Positions 1 through 13,600 of a stretch of DNA of 64,000 bases are shown here, piece by piece. The stretch covers positions 11,859-75,858 of the forward strand of contig JAZQLC010000027.1 in assembly GCA_045542485.1 (NCBI GenBank), in the 5' to 3' direction. Both the position numbers and the translations under genes were made by a program. Origin of the DNA: Acutalibacteraceae bacterium (lineage in GTDB: Bacteria > Bacillota > Clostridia > Oscillospirales > Acutalibacteraceae). Each line of letters opens with the position of its first letter. Position 1 is the stretch's first letter. The notes under the pieces were generated by a model. The model saw only the letters and a program-made list of their open reading frames with translations, searched no databases and had not been told where the DNA came from.

Positions 1-355
1 CCCTTCCTATAACTGCACTGTATGGTGTATAACCCGGGTCTTCAACATTGTTGTGGTCACCTTTTGTTCTGAAGGATTTTTCCTCTGTGTTGATTTTTAC
101 AACACGGTGAGAAAACCATCTTTCGTTACCTTCCTTCTGAAAAGTAAGAACATCTCCAACTTCGATATCTTCAAAATTAACTTCTTTTGTAAAAACTAAA
201 TCACCTTTATTAATTGCCGGACTCATACTGTCTGAAATAACATAATATCCGTTGTAGCCTGACAATTTCGGAGCAAATGAAACGGTAATTAAAAAGAGAG
301 ATAAAAGAATTATAAAAGCTGTTAAAATTTTACTTACTGTCTTTTTCGCTTTCAT
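1..355 (-). CDS. sipW: SipW-type (S26B) signal peptidase I, partial (C-terminus runs off the window start)
   Basis: Absent from the ORF track because it is open to position 1. Reverse translation from ATG 355-353 gives MKAKKTVSKILTAFIILLSLFLITVSFAPKLSGYNGYYVISDSMSPAINKGDLVF...WFSHRVVKI...RTKGDHNNVEDPGYTPYSAVIGR. It has a TM anchor plus the SDSMSP Ser box, an HR His box and a GDxN box, as in the two other SipW-like ORFs here. Its start overlaps the upstream ORF end by 26 nt. Confidence 0.7.
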   Translation of the reverse strand, partial: MKAKKTVSKILTAFIILLSLFLITVSFAPKLSGYNGYYVISDSMSPAINKGDLVFTKEVNFEDIEVGDVLTFQKEGNERWFSHRVVKINTEEKSFRTKGDHNNVEDPGYTPYSAVIGR

Positions 356-905
356 CTTCGTCACCGCTACGAGCAATCAAAACTATGTCTTTCACTTCTG
401 ACGCCATAATAACCAGCATCGGAAGAATAACTACGAGGAAAAATGCGATTCTGTTTGTCTGAAGGAAGTTTACAGCCTTACCTACAGCAGGTATTTTAAA
501 CTGGACTTTACCGTAAATTCTGTCTTCAGTAACTAAATCCGAGTCAACAACTTTATTGGCATCGCCTTTAGTTTCAAACTTTACTACGCCATTTTCTTCA
601 ATAATATTGTTAATACGGTGAGTTACGGGACCTCCCTGCAACACGGGGTCAAGTGATGAAAATGTTATTACATCACCTTTTTTTAACTCACTTGTATCTG
701 TTTCCTTAATTATTACAATGTCGCCTATTTTATATTCAGGGTCCATACTTGGTGAAATAACACTCATAACGCTATACCCTGCAATATTAACTACTTTTGT
801 GCCGTTTGCACCTTTGGGAGTCATAAGAACAACTGCCAACAAAAGTAAACAGACTACAAAAATTACTGCCGAAATAATCGATACTAACTTTTTAATAATT
901 TTCAT
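330..905 (-). CDS. sipW: SipW-type (S26B) signal peptidase I with second C-terminal TM and acidic tail
   Basis: 191-aa ORF with an N-terminal TM anchor and the SPSMDP, VTHRI and KGDANK boxes. It has a C-terminal TM (RIAFFLVVILPMLVIMA) and then an SGDEDESEKDSK tail. Confidence 0.8.
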   Translation of the reverse strand: MKIIKKLVSIISAVIFVVCLLLLAVVLMTPKGANGTKVVNIAGYSVMSVISPSMDPEYKIGDIVIIKETDTSELKKGDVITFSSLDPVLQGGPVTHRINNIIEENGVVKFETKGDANKVVDSDLVTEDRIYGKVQFKIPAVGKAVNFLQTNRIAFFLVVILPMLVIMASEVKDIVLIARSGDEDESEKDSK

Positions 906-935
906 TGTTTAATCACTTGATTCTTAATTATTTGG

Positions 936-1565
936 TTATGAATTACTTATTACTGCATCTACATTTTCAATATTCACAGACATATTTGCTGCGTCTTCAA
1001 TTGTTTTAGTTTCATCTATTTTAAAAGAGAAATAAACTCTGTATGTGCCATCTAAGCGTACTGAATATTCAAAAGTTTCTTCTTTATTGAGAGTTATCTC
1101 ATCTGCTGAATATCTATAACCCGGGTCCGTAGTTTCTTCTCCGTTTGCAGTTATCAGAGAAACTCTGCGGTTTAATATAACAGATGATGTAAGATTACCT
1201 GTTACATCTGCTATCTTGTCTAAATCGAGTGTGATTTTATATCCTGCTTTTGCATCTTTAAATTCTGCCATATATGTATATTCCGCACCGGGGAACATAT
1301 TTTCAAGAATAATCTCCTTGTCTGAAATCTTTTCATATTTGACAATATCTTCTGTTCTTATTGCTATTTTATCGTTTTCATCTACGCCGAAATAAATATT
1401 AGCGAATGTTGATGATTCATTCTTAACATCAACTTTTTTAATCTGTTCTACCGAACTTCTGTCCATAATAGCAAACCAGCAAAGAGTAACCGCTACCAAA
1501 GCTATACCTGTGACTATAACCATCATCAGACTTTTGGCAGAGTTATTTTTTTCTTTCTTAGCCAT
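936..1565 (-). CDS. TasA/camelysin-like secreted protein (putative SipW substrate)
   Basis: 209-aa ORF with RBS AGAGAGG 8 nt upstream. It has an N-terminal signal-anchor (LMMVIVTGIALVAVTLCWFAIMD) and a beta-rich mature part with an FPGAEYTY motif resembling the PGD motif of TasA/CalY-type proteins. It lies immediately upstream of two sipW-type genes. Confidence 0.5.
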   Translation of the reverse strand: MAKKEKNNSAKSLMMVIVTGIALVAVTLCWFAIMDRSSVEQIKKVDVKNESSTFANIYFGVDENDKIAIRTEDIVKYEKISDKEIILENMFPGAEYTYMAEFKDAKAGYKITLDLDKIADVTGNLTSSVILNRRVSLITANGEETTDPGYRYSADEITLNKEETFEYSVRLDGTYRVYFSFKIDETKTIEDAANMSVNIENVDAVISNS

Positions 1566-1600
1566 ATTCTTTACCTCTCTTTACTGATTCTTCTTTTCCT

Positions 1601-1630
1601 GCAGGGGAGAAATTTTACTCTCTCCCCTGC
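1601..1630 (-). promoter_or_regulatory. Perfect 10-bp GC-rich hairpin between the giant gene stop and the TasA-like gene start
   Basis: GCAGGGGAGA (1601-1610), a 10-nt loop, then TCTCCCCTGC (1621-1630). There is no U-tract in the coding (minus) direction, but there is a T-rich run on the plus side. Confidence 0.4.
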
Positions 1631-1652
1631 TTTAAGTTTTGCGTTTCTCTGA

Positions 1653-4600
1653 TTACCAGAGAATGTTTTCGATGGAGTTTACACCCCAGGGTCTGTCTTT
1701 TTCGACAATTGTAAGTGTAAGAACAACATCTGTTGCTGTGTTACCCTCTGCATCTTTTACATCAGGAAGTTTAATAAATGTACCGTATACGGTTTCTTCC
1801 TTGACTATGTTTTCACTTGGGATTTCCTGACCGCCAAGAGTTGCGGTAATCTTATATTCATAGCCTTCAGGTAACATTCCGCCTACATAGAATCCGTCAA
1901 GTTCCTTTGCAATCGCAAGAGCATCAACTTCCTGCTTAACGCCGATTTCATTTGTGAAATCGTTAAGAACCTGAACGCCCTCTGCGCTTCCCTTTTCTGA
2001 TACACTCTTAACAAGCACACCGAGAAGTTTATCTGTTACATCAAAGTTTGACGGGTTTTCAATGGTGTAAGAGATGTTGGCATTTCTTACAAGACCGGGA
2101 TAAACTGTTCTTACTGCACCGTTTGCAAGACTGAAGCTGATTCCAGGATCCATATTTTCGTTAAACTTAGCAGTTTTGATTGTATAAACCTTTTCGCCGG
2201 GAACGATTGAGAAGTATCCGCCGTTTCCGTCTTCAGTTGCCGTAACAGCTGAACCTGAAGCAATATTAATGAACTGCATTGATGTGTAGTAACCAATCTG
2301 GCCATAGGTTGAACCTAAGTAGAAGTTCATTGTTGCTGCTGCAAGAGCTGCAGTTGAGCCGTAGCCTTCGTATGTGGTTGCTCCACCCATACCGATTGTA
2401 TTAACGATTGTTACAGGTACAGGATAATAACCGCCGTCATTGGGGTCAACACTTGTGAATGTATCATCAAATGTAAGGTCTTCACATTCTTTTGTTGTCT
2501 TGCCTACACCGATTACCGTTCCCTCTTCGATGCCCTTATTGAGCTGTTTGTCGAAGTATGTTTCAGTAATTGCAGTTTCGTCAACATATGTTCCGACTAC
2601 GGGTTTCTTGCTTTTTGCAACACCGCCGTAAAGTGCATTTGTAAGTGTTGTACTGACAAGCATTTCGCCTACGATACCTGCCACAGCTTCGCCCTCACCT
2701 ACATTTGCAGTTGAAAGGATTTCACTGATTGTTGCTTCATGTGCTGAGCCGATTACACCACCGACCGCACCTGCCTGAGCAGTTACATTACCTGTTGTTA
2801 CGATACCTCTGATTACAGCATTTTCAGAAACTCTACCAGCCACAATACCGGTTGCAGGATTTGCTACAATATTGCCGTTTTCATCTTCAACCGCTTCTGC
2901 TTCAGAAGTTACATTTGCTGAAACTACGCAGTTTGTAACTGTTGCATTTTTAATGATGTTTGCAAGAGCACCTGTGTACTGTTCTTCACCAGCGATTGTT
3001 GCTGTAAGTGCAACATTGTTAACTACTGCACCATCTTCAATTATACCGAAGAGGCCTCCGTGACCTGCTGTGATCGTGCCGTCTTCATTTACAGTACCTG
3101 AAGTGAAGTTTTCGATTGCGTACTGGTAAGTATCATCTTCACCGATTGATTCAGGGTCATTGAGATGAGCTGTGAAGTGATGAATCTGGAAATCTTTAAC
3201 CTCACTCATATCAATGTCGTTACCGAGAACGAAGTAGAGTTCACTTTCTGTACCGTAGTAGTGGAGTGATGTAAGAGAATCAGCATTACTTATTATATAA
3301 GGATTCTCTTTTGTACCTACACCGCCCTCAAAGTTCGGGTTGATTGAATTAATCAGAGTTTCCGAATTAACCTTAACATCAATATAGAGTGTGGGGTCAA
3401 TTTCCATGCCACGGGAAAGCTTAATCTTGTTTCTGTTGGTGACTTTAATTGTTTCATCACCATCAGTCTGGTTTGTTGATAAGATTCTCGTTGAGTTGTT
3501 GATACCGATTATATTCTTTTCGGATGCGGGGTTGAACTGAACACCATCAACTGAGCTTACCCTTGAGTTAAGTGACACTCCGTAAGTTGCTGCTGTACCT
3601 GACGAGTTAGGAACAAGTCTGTCTGCATACTGATTCTGACCTGTTTTGATTGTCATTGATGAAATCTGTGAGTAAGCTTTGATTACATCATAGTTTCTGA
3701 TAACAACCTTTTCTTCAAGGTAAATTGCATACTGAAGCTTAAGGTTTTCAACGGGAACAATTATATTTCCGTTTTCATCAGTTACATTGTCACTTCCGTC
3801 TGCAAGGTAAACATTACCGTCTGAACATCTGTACTTTCTTACAGATATTGTTTCTGTCTCTTCACCCTCACCTACAACAACTGTTTCAGTGAAGATAGTG
3901 TAAGTAACGACTTCATCTGTTACAGAAGTATCAACATAGATAAGGTTACCTGATGCGTCAACAACCTGATGATTTTCAGCGTTTATGATTGCTGTAAGCT
4001 GAGGAAGTGTAAGCTTATCTGTATCACCTGCTACGAATATTCCGTCGGGATTATTTGTTGCGTCATACTTCATAGCATCAGGCATATACTTCATATCCAT
4101 TATGCTTGAAAGCGATGCTGAATACTTATAGCTGTTTGCTGACTGCTCACCTGCAAGTGATTTATCAACATAAACGCTTGACAGTTTCGGCATATCGCCT
4201 ACTGTACCGAAGAGGATTGAATCCTGTTCGGGGTTAAAGTAACCGAGAAGACCGGCTGCATAAGAATTTGTAATATGCTCTGCATCAGATATGTTCGTGA
4301 CTTCGCCTACCAGTAAACCAACTGTAAGTGTATCATCTGCCGGTTGATTTGCGAACGAAACGGCTGACCTTGTATATACACTGTCAATTGTACCATTATC
4401 GTTGATGGAAACAAAACCTGAGACATAACTTACTGTTGCATTTTCAGCAGCAAGGACATTTACATCTGCCATTGAGAATGAATTCTTGATTGTTCCCTTG
4501 TTATTTACAACAAATGCAGCGATTTTCTGTACATCTGAGCCTTCAGATGTATCAAGTGTACCTGCAGTACCTGAGTTAATGATTGTACCCTCATTAGTAA

Positions 4601-7600
4601 CAGCCATTACACCGACATTACCTGCTGCACGTTTGATTGTTGCATCAACCATACAACCGTCGATTGTACCCTTGTTTGTATTAACAAGACCTGCTGCATC
4701 AGAAATATCTGCAGTGCCATCGCCTATTGCTGCTTTAACATATACATCCTGAAGAGTACCTTTATTGACTTTGACAATTGCTGAATCAGAGTCATTGAAT
4801 GTAAAGTTTTCAAAGATTATGTTACTGATTGTTGTATTTTCGTCAACATTAGTGAAGTAATAACCCTTATCTAAGTTTACATTCTTGATTGAGTAACCGT
4901 TACCCTTAAGCATAAAGCCCTGATAGTTAAAGGTTTTTTCTTCTGTTGTTGAGCTACCCTCTGCGTCTGAAACCAAAACTGAATATGTGTAGGAAGCAGG
5001 AGCATCGGGAATTACACGTACAGTTTCGTCAACTGCAATATTTGACATAAGCTGATAGTGAACTGTGCCTTCTATCTGCTCGTTACCGGCACCGAGAGGT
5101 GTTGCCCACTGGTCATAGAAACCTGAATAATTCTCTTTTGCTTCTGCAAGTTCATCTGCAGTCATATTCATATGGTCAAGGTCTGCTTCGTTACCGATAA
5201 GATAGGGCTGTTCGAATGTACCCTTCATATCTGCGCAGAGACGACTGTAAACACGTGTTGCGTACTGTTCATAATCCTTAACCTGTGCCACAACATCAAC
5301 ATATTCGCGTGTATTGCGTGTTCTCTTGATAGCAGCGAGGTTACCTTCAAGCGTTGCACCTGCCCAGTCAAGCTCGTATACATGTTCTTCAAAGTCTTCG
5401 TCTGTATACTTGAACTCTGACGGAACTGTAAGAGCCTGAGTGATACCTGCGCCTGTTTTTGCTGAAACGTCATCGTATGCAACATTTACGCAAACAACAG
5501 AAAGGATTGAGTTAGTCATAATATAGTTATCTGAAGTTTCCTTAAGAAGTGTCTTCAGATAGGGGTATGCGCTGGGTGTAAAGCCCCATACATCAGAGAA
5601 TGTTGTGTTTGCAGGTTTCTTACCACTTGTCAGTTCAAGTGTTGTAAGACCTCTTGCTTCCTGGTTATTAGCCTGACCACCGATTGATGTAAGGGTTGGG
5701 TCTGTATTTGTCCAGCTATCGTAGTAACAGTATCTTACTGTTGCATCTGAATCCATCTTTGTGCCAACTGTACCACCTTTACCGAAGTAACAGTTGTCGG
5801 GATTCTCTGTTGAATCAATTGATGTGTAAGCGGGGGCAACTGAACCTGAAGAATAAACGTCTTCTACATTACCAAGTGCTACACCTGCAACACCGCCGAT
5901 ACCCACACCGTAAACTGCGCCTGAGTTTCTTGCGATGATATCACCGAAAGTTGTATTAACTGCAGCTGAAGAATATGCGTGAGCGATACCTTCACGGTTG
6001 ATACCACTGAAACCACCAACACCAACGATTGCGGTTGTTGAGTAAGGTCTGATTGCTGAAGTATTGTTTTCAGTACCGAATTTAACGTTACCGCCACTGA
6101 AGCATTCTGTGATTACATCATCTGTTATATCATTCTGTGTAACGGGGTCTTTCATTTCCTTTACAACACCGACGAAGCCGCCGATGCCAAGGTCACCATT
6201 AATGAAGGCGTTGTTACCTGAATTAAACTTCTTAACTTCAACATTGCCTGATGCGAAAGACTCTTTTACAGTACCGTTTGACATAATACCGATAAGACCA
6301 CCAACACCGAATACTCTTTCTGTATTTGTTGTGTTGTAAATATTGTCACAGATAACATTACCTGTTGCGTAACAAGACTGGACTGTCGCTGCTGAGTCAC
6401 CGATAAGACCACCGACAGCATCCTTAGAGCCTGAAACGAGAACTGATGAACTACATCTCTCTATTACAGTTGTGGGATAGTCAACCTTACCGATAAGACC
6501 GCCTACATAAGAGCCGTTACCTGTTACTGTACCTTTGACTGTACCAGGAAGAATATTGCCCTTTTCGTCATACTCTGCATAGCCGATTGCATGACAGTTT
6601 TCGATAACAATATCTCCATCACCCATAACGTGACCAACAAGTGTACCTACATAGTTACCGCCTGTCTGCTGACCACCTGAGATTGTGCCTGTTGCAACAA
6701 CTGTTGCGTTTTCAAGGGTAAGATCCTTAATAAGGGGATCATACGGGCTATTCCAGTTCTTTGAAACCCTCGCGAACATACCGACATTATCTTTACCGGT
6801 CTGTTCAATCTTGAGATTCTTAATTGTATGACCGCTGCCGTCAAACTGACCTGTGTAACCTGTCGAAACATCAAGACCGATAGGTGTGAACAATGTTTCA
6901 TTATCACCGCAATCGATATCAGTGATGAGTTTGTAGTTATAAGTAGAGCCATAGTAATTAGAGAATTTAGCACCCTGCACAAGCTCATATTCAGCCTTAC
7001 CGAGAGCATAGAGCTGACGCTGTGTTGCGATACAGTAAGTTGTACCGTAGCTGAGAGCAAGTTTGATGTCTCTCTGTACTTTGACACCATTAATCTCTGC
7101 AGTTGCAAAAATTATGGGAGTCTGTGCATTGTAATAAGCCTCACCGTTTGAGAATACACCGCCTGATGCAGCACCCGCATTGACGAAAGTATTCTTTGTA
7201 GGTTTATTTTCAAAGTTTCCTCTGTTTGCAATACCCTCTGTTGTATCGAAGATGTTTCTGTAAACTGTTGTTTTACCTGTTTCTGTATCATCTCCGAAGA
7301 GAAGGTCAACATTCTTGTTATAAACTATAACAGGATTGCCATCGTTATCAACAACAGGGTTGCCATCTTCGTCAAGTTTCTGCTCACCTGCACCGTTGTA
7401 GAGGCTTGTATCAAAACCTTCGGGATATGCTACTGTGTCAGTTGTATCAAAGATTGATGAAGAATAAGTTACCTTATTTCCGTCAACATTTGTAAGTAAA
7501 GTTACGGGATATACGAGACCCTGACCGTAAGCAGCCTTTTCAATGTTTGTTTCTTCTTCATCTTCACTTGTCTGAATGGGAACTGACAGGAATTTTGCAT

Positions 7601-10600
7601 AAGCATCTGAGTACGGGTCAGTCTTTGTTTCAGTACCTGTTACTGCATAGTTTTCATCGTATGTTGTAACAGTAATCTGTGAAACTGCGGGAACAGGATA
7701 ATGTCCTTCAATTGTTGTCCAACCCTCACCCATTGAAACACCGATAAGTTCTGATGTAGGTTTACCATTAATTTTTTCCAGAAGTTTACGACCTGCTTCG
7801 TCTACATCTGTGTTCACTTTAAGAAGTGCACTATCGTAGTAGAGGTTTGACATTGTGATTGTACCTGTACCAAGAGTTGTTGAAGAAGCAACTGCCGTAG
7901 GAATCTTCACAAATTTGTCATTTTCCATAGCAACATTCTGACCTGCGTCGATACAATCTGACATTGTCATAATGAACTTCAGGTAGTTATTGCCACCTAC
8001 GATACCGTAACCGCTTGAGGTTGTACCTGTAAAGAGACAATTATCAATTACCAGGTCTGTTGAATTTTCAAGGTAGCTTACGATACCTGCTGCATTTGAG
8101 CGGTCAACATTTGCATCCTTGGAAGAAGCGTAGATACTGCCTGATGCGAAGCAACCTGAAATTGTTGATTCAAAGTTTACTGCATCGTGTACATAACCTA
8201 CGATACCACCTGCATAGGGTGCAACTTCACTGCTGAATGCACTTACATCAGACTGAGTAAAGCAGTTGATAATTTTTGAACTTGTGAAGTGACCTGCAAT
8301 ACCACCAACATTCTGTTTACCTGTTACAGTACCGATTGTTACTGAACAGTTTTCAATAACTGCATTCGCAATCTTACCAGCGATACCACCGACATTTTCG
8401 CCACCGAGAATACCATTTGCCTTTTCGCCGGGAGCCATAAGCTCAACGTGAAGGTTTTTGATTGTGGGAACAAGTGTACCGTTCTGTTTTACAAAACCGA
8501 ATACGCCGATGTTGTTTTCATTTCCGCGTTCAGATTTAACGCCTGTAATCTTATAGCCCTGACCGTCATACACACCGTCGAAGGGTGCTGACTCAGTACC
8601 GATAGGAGCATAGAATTTTCCGCCATTGTTGTGGATAAACTTGTCTGTATCTGTACCTGTGGAAGCATAAGAATTTGAAAGGTCAATATCGTTAATCTGT
8701 CTGAAGTAGTAGTTACCTACTGTAAGGTAAGCCACAACACGAAGCTGTGTAGGTGTACTGATAAGGAAGGGAGATGCTTCATTACCCTCACCTTCGATTT
8801 CAACAGAAATAATCTGTGCAGTTGTTTTAAGACCGCAAGTGTATTCTGCAACCAGCATTTCTGCACCGTAATCGGTAGGTTTGACTGTAAGTTCAAATTC
8901 ACCGATATTTTCTGTCTGTGACGGGTCACCTATAAGGTCAATACAGCTTATGGGATTGCCCTCTGCGTCTTTTGCAGTTTCATTAAGAGTGAAACCACCT
9001 GCTGCAACTGCATTTCTCCTGTTTGCTTCACTACCGTATGGAAGTTCAGCAAATTTTTCGCTGAGTCTTGCATAAAGTGTTGTTTCAGAGCCGATAGACT
9101 TTGTGATAGCAACTTTGTTCCATCCTGACTTGAATTCGTCAGTGATTTCAAGGTTATTATCGTTGATATTGACAAATCCGTTTTCGACCTGTGCAAGTAA
9201 CGAATCAAGAGGACCTTTATCCCCTGATTCTGTTGCGAAGAATGCGATATCATTGGGATATGTTGAATAGTAGTTATTACTAAACATTGTGGGGAAGTTT
9301 GCTTCAACAAACATTCCGTCAGCATATCCTGCAATAAACTTACCTATTCTGTGAACTGATTTGAGTGTTGAGTTGTTTGATGTACCATCAATGCACTCAA
9401 GTTCAGCACTGATAACGCCATTTTTGAAGATTTCGTGTGTAATTTCGTTAGAAGCGTAAGTATCTGTAAATCCGCCGATTACACCGCCGACAAATGTCGT
9501 CATCGCTTTACCTGTAATCTTACCGCCTGCAACGCAACCGTCAAATGTAAGTTTTTCGGGAGCATTGTTAATGTAAGCTACAAGTGAAGCTGCATGGACT
9601 GTACCGTCCACACCTGCTTCCTGTGAATTTACCGTTGCGTAAGATTCGGTATCAATAAGAGTAAGTGTTACAACGCTGTCATCAACGTTGGCAACTGCAC
9701 CGGCACCGTATGAAACGCCACCGACTGATGCTACTGCTGAAAGACTCGTTGTGTTAGTTACATAACAGTTATCGAGCTTCACATTTGTAAGAGCTCTTGC
9801 CCAGCCTAAGAGACCTGCACCTGATGTAGCTCTTGTGCCGTCGACAGATTTTGCTGTTACTACTGCACCTGAAACTCTGATATCCTGAAGAGTAAGGCTT
9901 CTTGTTGTAGGTGTAGCATCTGCAATATTTGTCTTGTAAACTGCACCGACTGCACCACCTGCTACAAGAGCACGGACTGTTACATTTTCAACTGCATTTA
10001 CATAAACGGGGTTACCGTCTGTTTCAGTTGATTCGGGACCTATGATTGTACCGTGAGCCTGAGCCACAATACCACCTGCGATATCATCCGTAGTACCACC
10101 GAGATAGTTACTCTCTGTGTCTACTTTACCTGAAGTTACCGTTGTGTTTTTTACAACGGGTGAAATCACCTTTGCCGAATCCTCAACAACAGTACCAATC
10201 GCACCGCCCGCGGAACCTTTTTCAGTAGAAACTGTTGTGCCTTCAACTGTAACGCCGTTAACAACTGAAGCACCGGTTACTGTACCGATTGCACCACCAA
10301 CGTTGCCAAGTTTTGAAGTTGCAGAAGAAGAACTCTTCTCGCCGCTGACAACTTCGATATTCGATACTGTTGCACCGTTTGCAAGTTCACCGATTGCTAT
10401 ACCTGTACCTGCTGATGTTTCGCCTGAGTTCACTGAGCAATCAATGAATTTAAGATTCTGGACATTGGGAATTACATTACCCTCTGCATCTGTCTTCACG
10501 CCTGAAACTTTACTGAATATACCGACGGGAGATTCAGAAGATTCGATTGTTACATCGAAGCCTGTGATTGAATGACCCTGACCGTCATAAGTACCGGTAA

Positions 10601-13600
10601 AGTTGGGAATAAGCTGTGCAAGACTTGTTGCAGGATATTTAGACTTATCTGACAAGTCAATATCTGCAGTCTGGATAAATGAATATGAGGGAAGAACTTT
10701 TACGATGTGGTAGAAGATATCAGCGTTTTCAACCTGAATCGGGTTTTCTGCTGTACCCTCACCTTCAAAGTTAACACCACAGATTACGGGGATACCGATC
10801 TGGAGACCGTTAGTGTAAGTAAACACAAGGTCTGCAGTATTGAACTGCTTAACTTTGATTTTATAAGGATACTTCTCAAGGTTAACACCGAGATGTCCGT
10901 CGTCATTGGCAATAACTTCAAAAATATCCTTATTTGCAGACTGTATACCGTCTGTTTCTACAAGTGTAAAGTCTTTACCTGCAATTGAGAAACCAAAAGG
11001 TGTACCTGAGCCTTCATTTGCAGCGAGGAGTTCTTTGAATTCTGTTGAGAACTCGTAAACTGTATCACCAAACCACTGATAAGATGCTGACGGGTTTGTT
11101 GCTACGAAACCGTCTGTTACAACACTGACGGGAAGCTGTGTTACAGTTCCGTCTGACGGTGAAACAAAGTTGTACATTACTTTGTTTACATCATAGATTG
11201 TTTCAAAGAACACACTGTAAACGGGATCCTGATAATCCTTGACTGCTGCAAGACCATAGAGACCGTATGAACCTGCAGTATAAGATGAATAGAAAATCTT
11301 ATCAAAGGGTCTTACACCATATTCTATTGTTTTACCGTTAGAATCCTGTTCGGGGAACGGCGCCTGAGCATTGAGTACCTGCTCATTGGGGTTATTTGAG
11401 TTGTACTGGTTACCTTCGATTGAGCCGAGGATAACACCGAAACGCTCTGTTGCTGCCTCGAGAGGAGTGATTCTTGCTGATACTATGCAATCGTAGATAA
11501 TTGACTCTGTAATCTCGTTGAGTCTGCCCTGGAATACTGCAAATTCACCGATTACGCCACCTACGTTGAATGTACCTGAAATTTCACCACCTGCAGTTAC
11601 ATTCTTAATCTGAATCTGAGGAGCGAATGTTTCTTCATTCATTGCAAGTGCATTTGATGTGATAACACCGATTACTGAACCTGCACCTGTTTTACGCTTG
11701 ACCGAGTCGCCAAGAGTAAGTGTATTTGTTGTTGGGGCAGTAAGCTGATTTACTTTAGCAAGAGTTGTACAATCAGAAATGATAAGACAAGTTTCTGTCT
11801 GAAGCTGACCTTTACCTCTGTTTGATGCACTACCTACGATACCACCTGCACAATGACCTGATGTAACAGTTGTATTTGCATCAACAGTACAATCTGTAAT
11901 GTAGTAGTGGTAACTGTCTTTTGACTGACCGAGAATACCACCTGCAATACCATTGGGACTTGCACTAGTGTCATTTCTGATTGTATCAGTAACTTCTACA
12001 TTAGTGTTTGTGACATCTATTTCTTCAAGTGTAAGGTCACAACCTCCTGTCGCAAGGTTGATGATGTTACCTGAGCCTACGGCACCGCCCACAACTGTAC
12101 CGAGAACAGATACATTGTTGACTTTTACGCGTGACGCAGGATTGACAATGTTACCTTCGTCATCTTTAAGTTCCTCTGAACCTGTGATAACACCTGAATA
12201 CTGACCTGCAATACCACCCGCGATAGAAACACCTGATATTGCAAGGTTAGTAACATCTACATTTTCAACAATTGGGTTAGTAATTGAACAGCCTGTTGTA
12301 TCTGCTGATGATCCTACAATACCGCCGACACAATACTGACCTTTTACTGTAATGCGTGAGTCATTATCAGCGCCGATAACCGAAACATCTGACAAAACAA
12401 CATTGTTACCTGCCTGACCGACAATACCGCCGATTGCACCTGCCCTGCCGCCGAATGTACCTTCGATTGCAACACTTGATGCACCTGAAACTTTGACATT
12501 CTGGATAAGAGTGTTGTTTGCAACACCAACCAGAGCACCTGATTTTATTCCAAGGAAGCCGTTTGTCGTGCCGGGTACTGAAAGAATATTTACATTTTCA
12601 AGTTCAAGATTATAGATTTCTGCGCCGTCTGTGTAACCAAAGAGGCCGAGTGCGTCAGAATATGTTACTGTCTTATTACCATCAGCATCTGTTACTGTAT
12701 ATGCATCATCATATGCATAATCGGAATTCTGCTTCGGGTTATTGATAAGCAGATTGCTGATTTTCATCTGCTCGTCATGGTAAGTTCTGATTTTTCCCTT
12801 GAAGGGAGCTTCTTCTGTACCGATAGGAGCAAAAGATTTGTTCTCTGTTGCCAACTCTTCTGTCATATCGATGTCGTTCATTATTTCATAATAAACGGGT
12901 ACATGATTACCATCTTTATCTGAACCATAATAAAATTCAGGGTTATCCTTGAAATCATCCTTAGCAGAAGGATTATCGTGATGCTGTTTGATTGCAAGAA
13001 GGTCTTCTGCAGTGTAAATGAGGAACGGATCATACTCAGTACCTGTACCGTCAAAAGCGTGTTCGCCGTTTACAACAACCCTGAAACCAACATCAAATGA
13101 AACTGTTTCGCCGTTGATGATACCTGTATAGGTTGTTTTAACGGTTGCGTTACACTTCTTATCAAATGTCTGGATTGAAACGTCGGTAAGCTTGTTATAT
13201 GTTGCATTTTCTGTTGGAGTCCCTGTAATATTACCCTGAGCATCTCTACCAGATGAACCATAACCAACAAGAATCTTTGATGAACTTGCAGTTGTTGTGA
13301 AAACAGGAACGCCTGATACTGTTCCACCCTTTGAAGGATCTGTAAATGCATTTCCGTCTGTACCTACAAGCACAGGCAGGTTACCTACCGAGAAACGCGG
13401 AACAGTTGTTGCCGCGAGACCTGCAACTCTTGTTGAACCCAAAGATACACCGCCGTATGCATACGAAACGGTTGTGTTTGCTTTTTCATATATTGTACTG
13501 CTTACAAACATATTTGTACGCAACTCAACAGTATTTGATTTTCCCATCATACCGTCTTCGTATCCCACAACAGCGTGTGCAAAGTGATTCAGGAATCTCT

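Noticed and set aside
10117-10575. 152-aa plus-strand ORF antisense to the giant gene, together with similar ones at 6828-7151, 13297-13587, 13346-13636 and 4486-4752
   Set aside because: They lie entirely inside the 17-kb minus-strand ORF. Their translations are low-complexity mirror images of the GLUG repeats (P/T/V-rich). They have no RBS, so they are expected by-products of biased, repetitive coding sequence.
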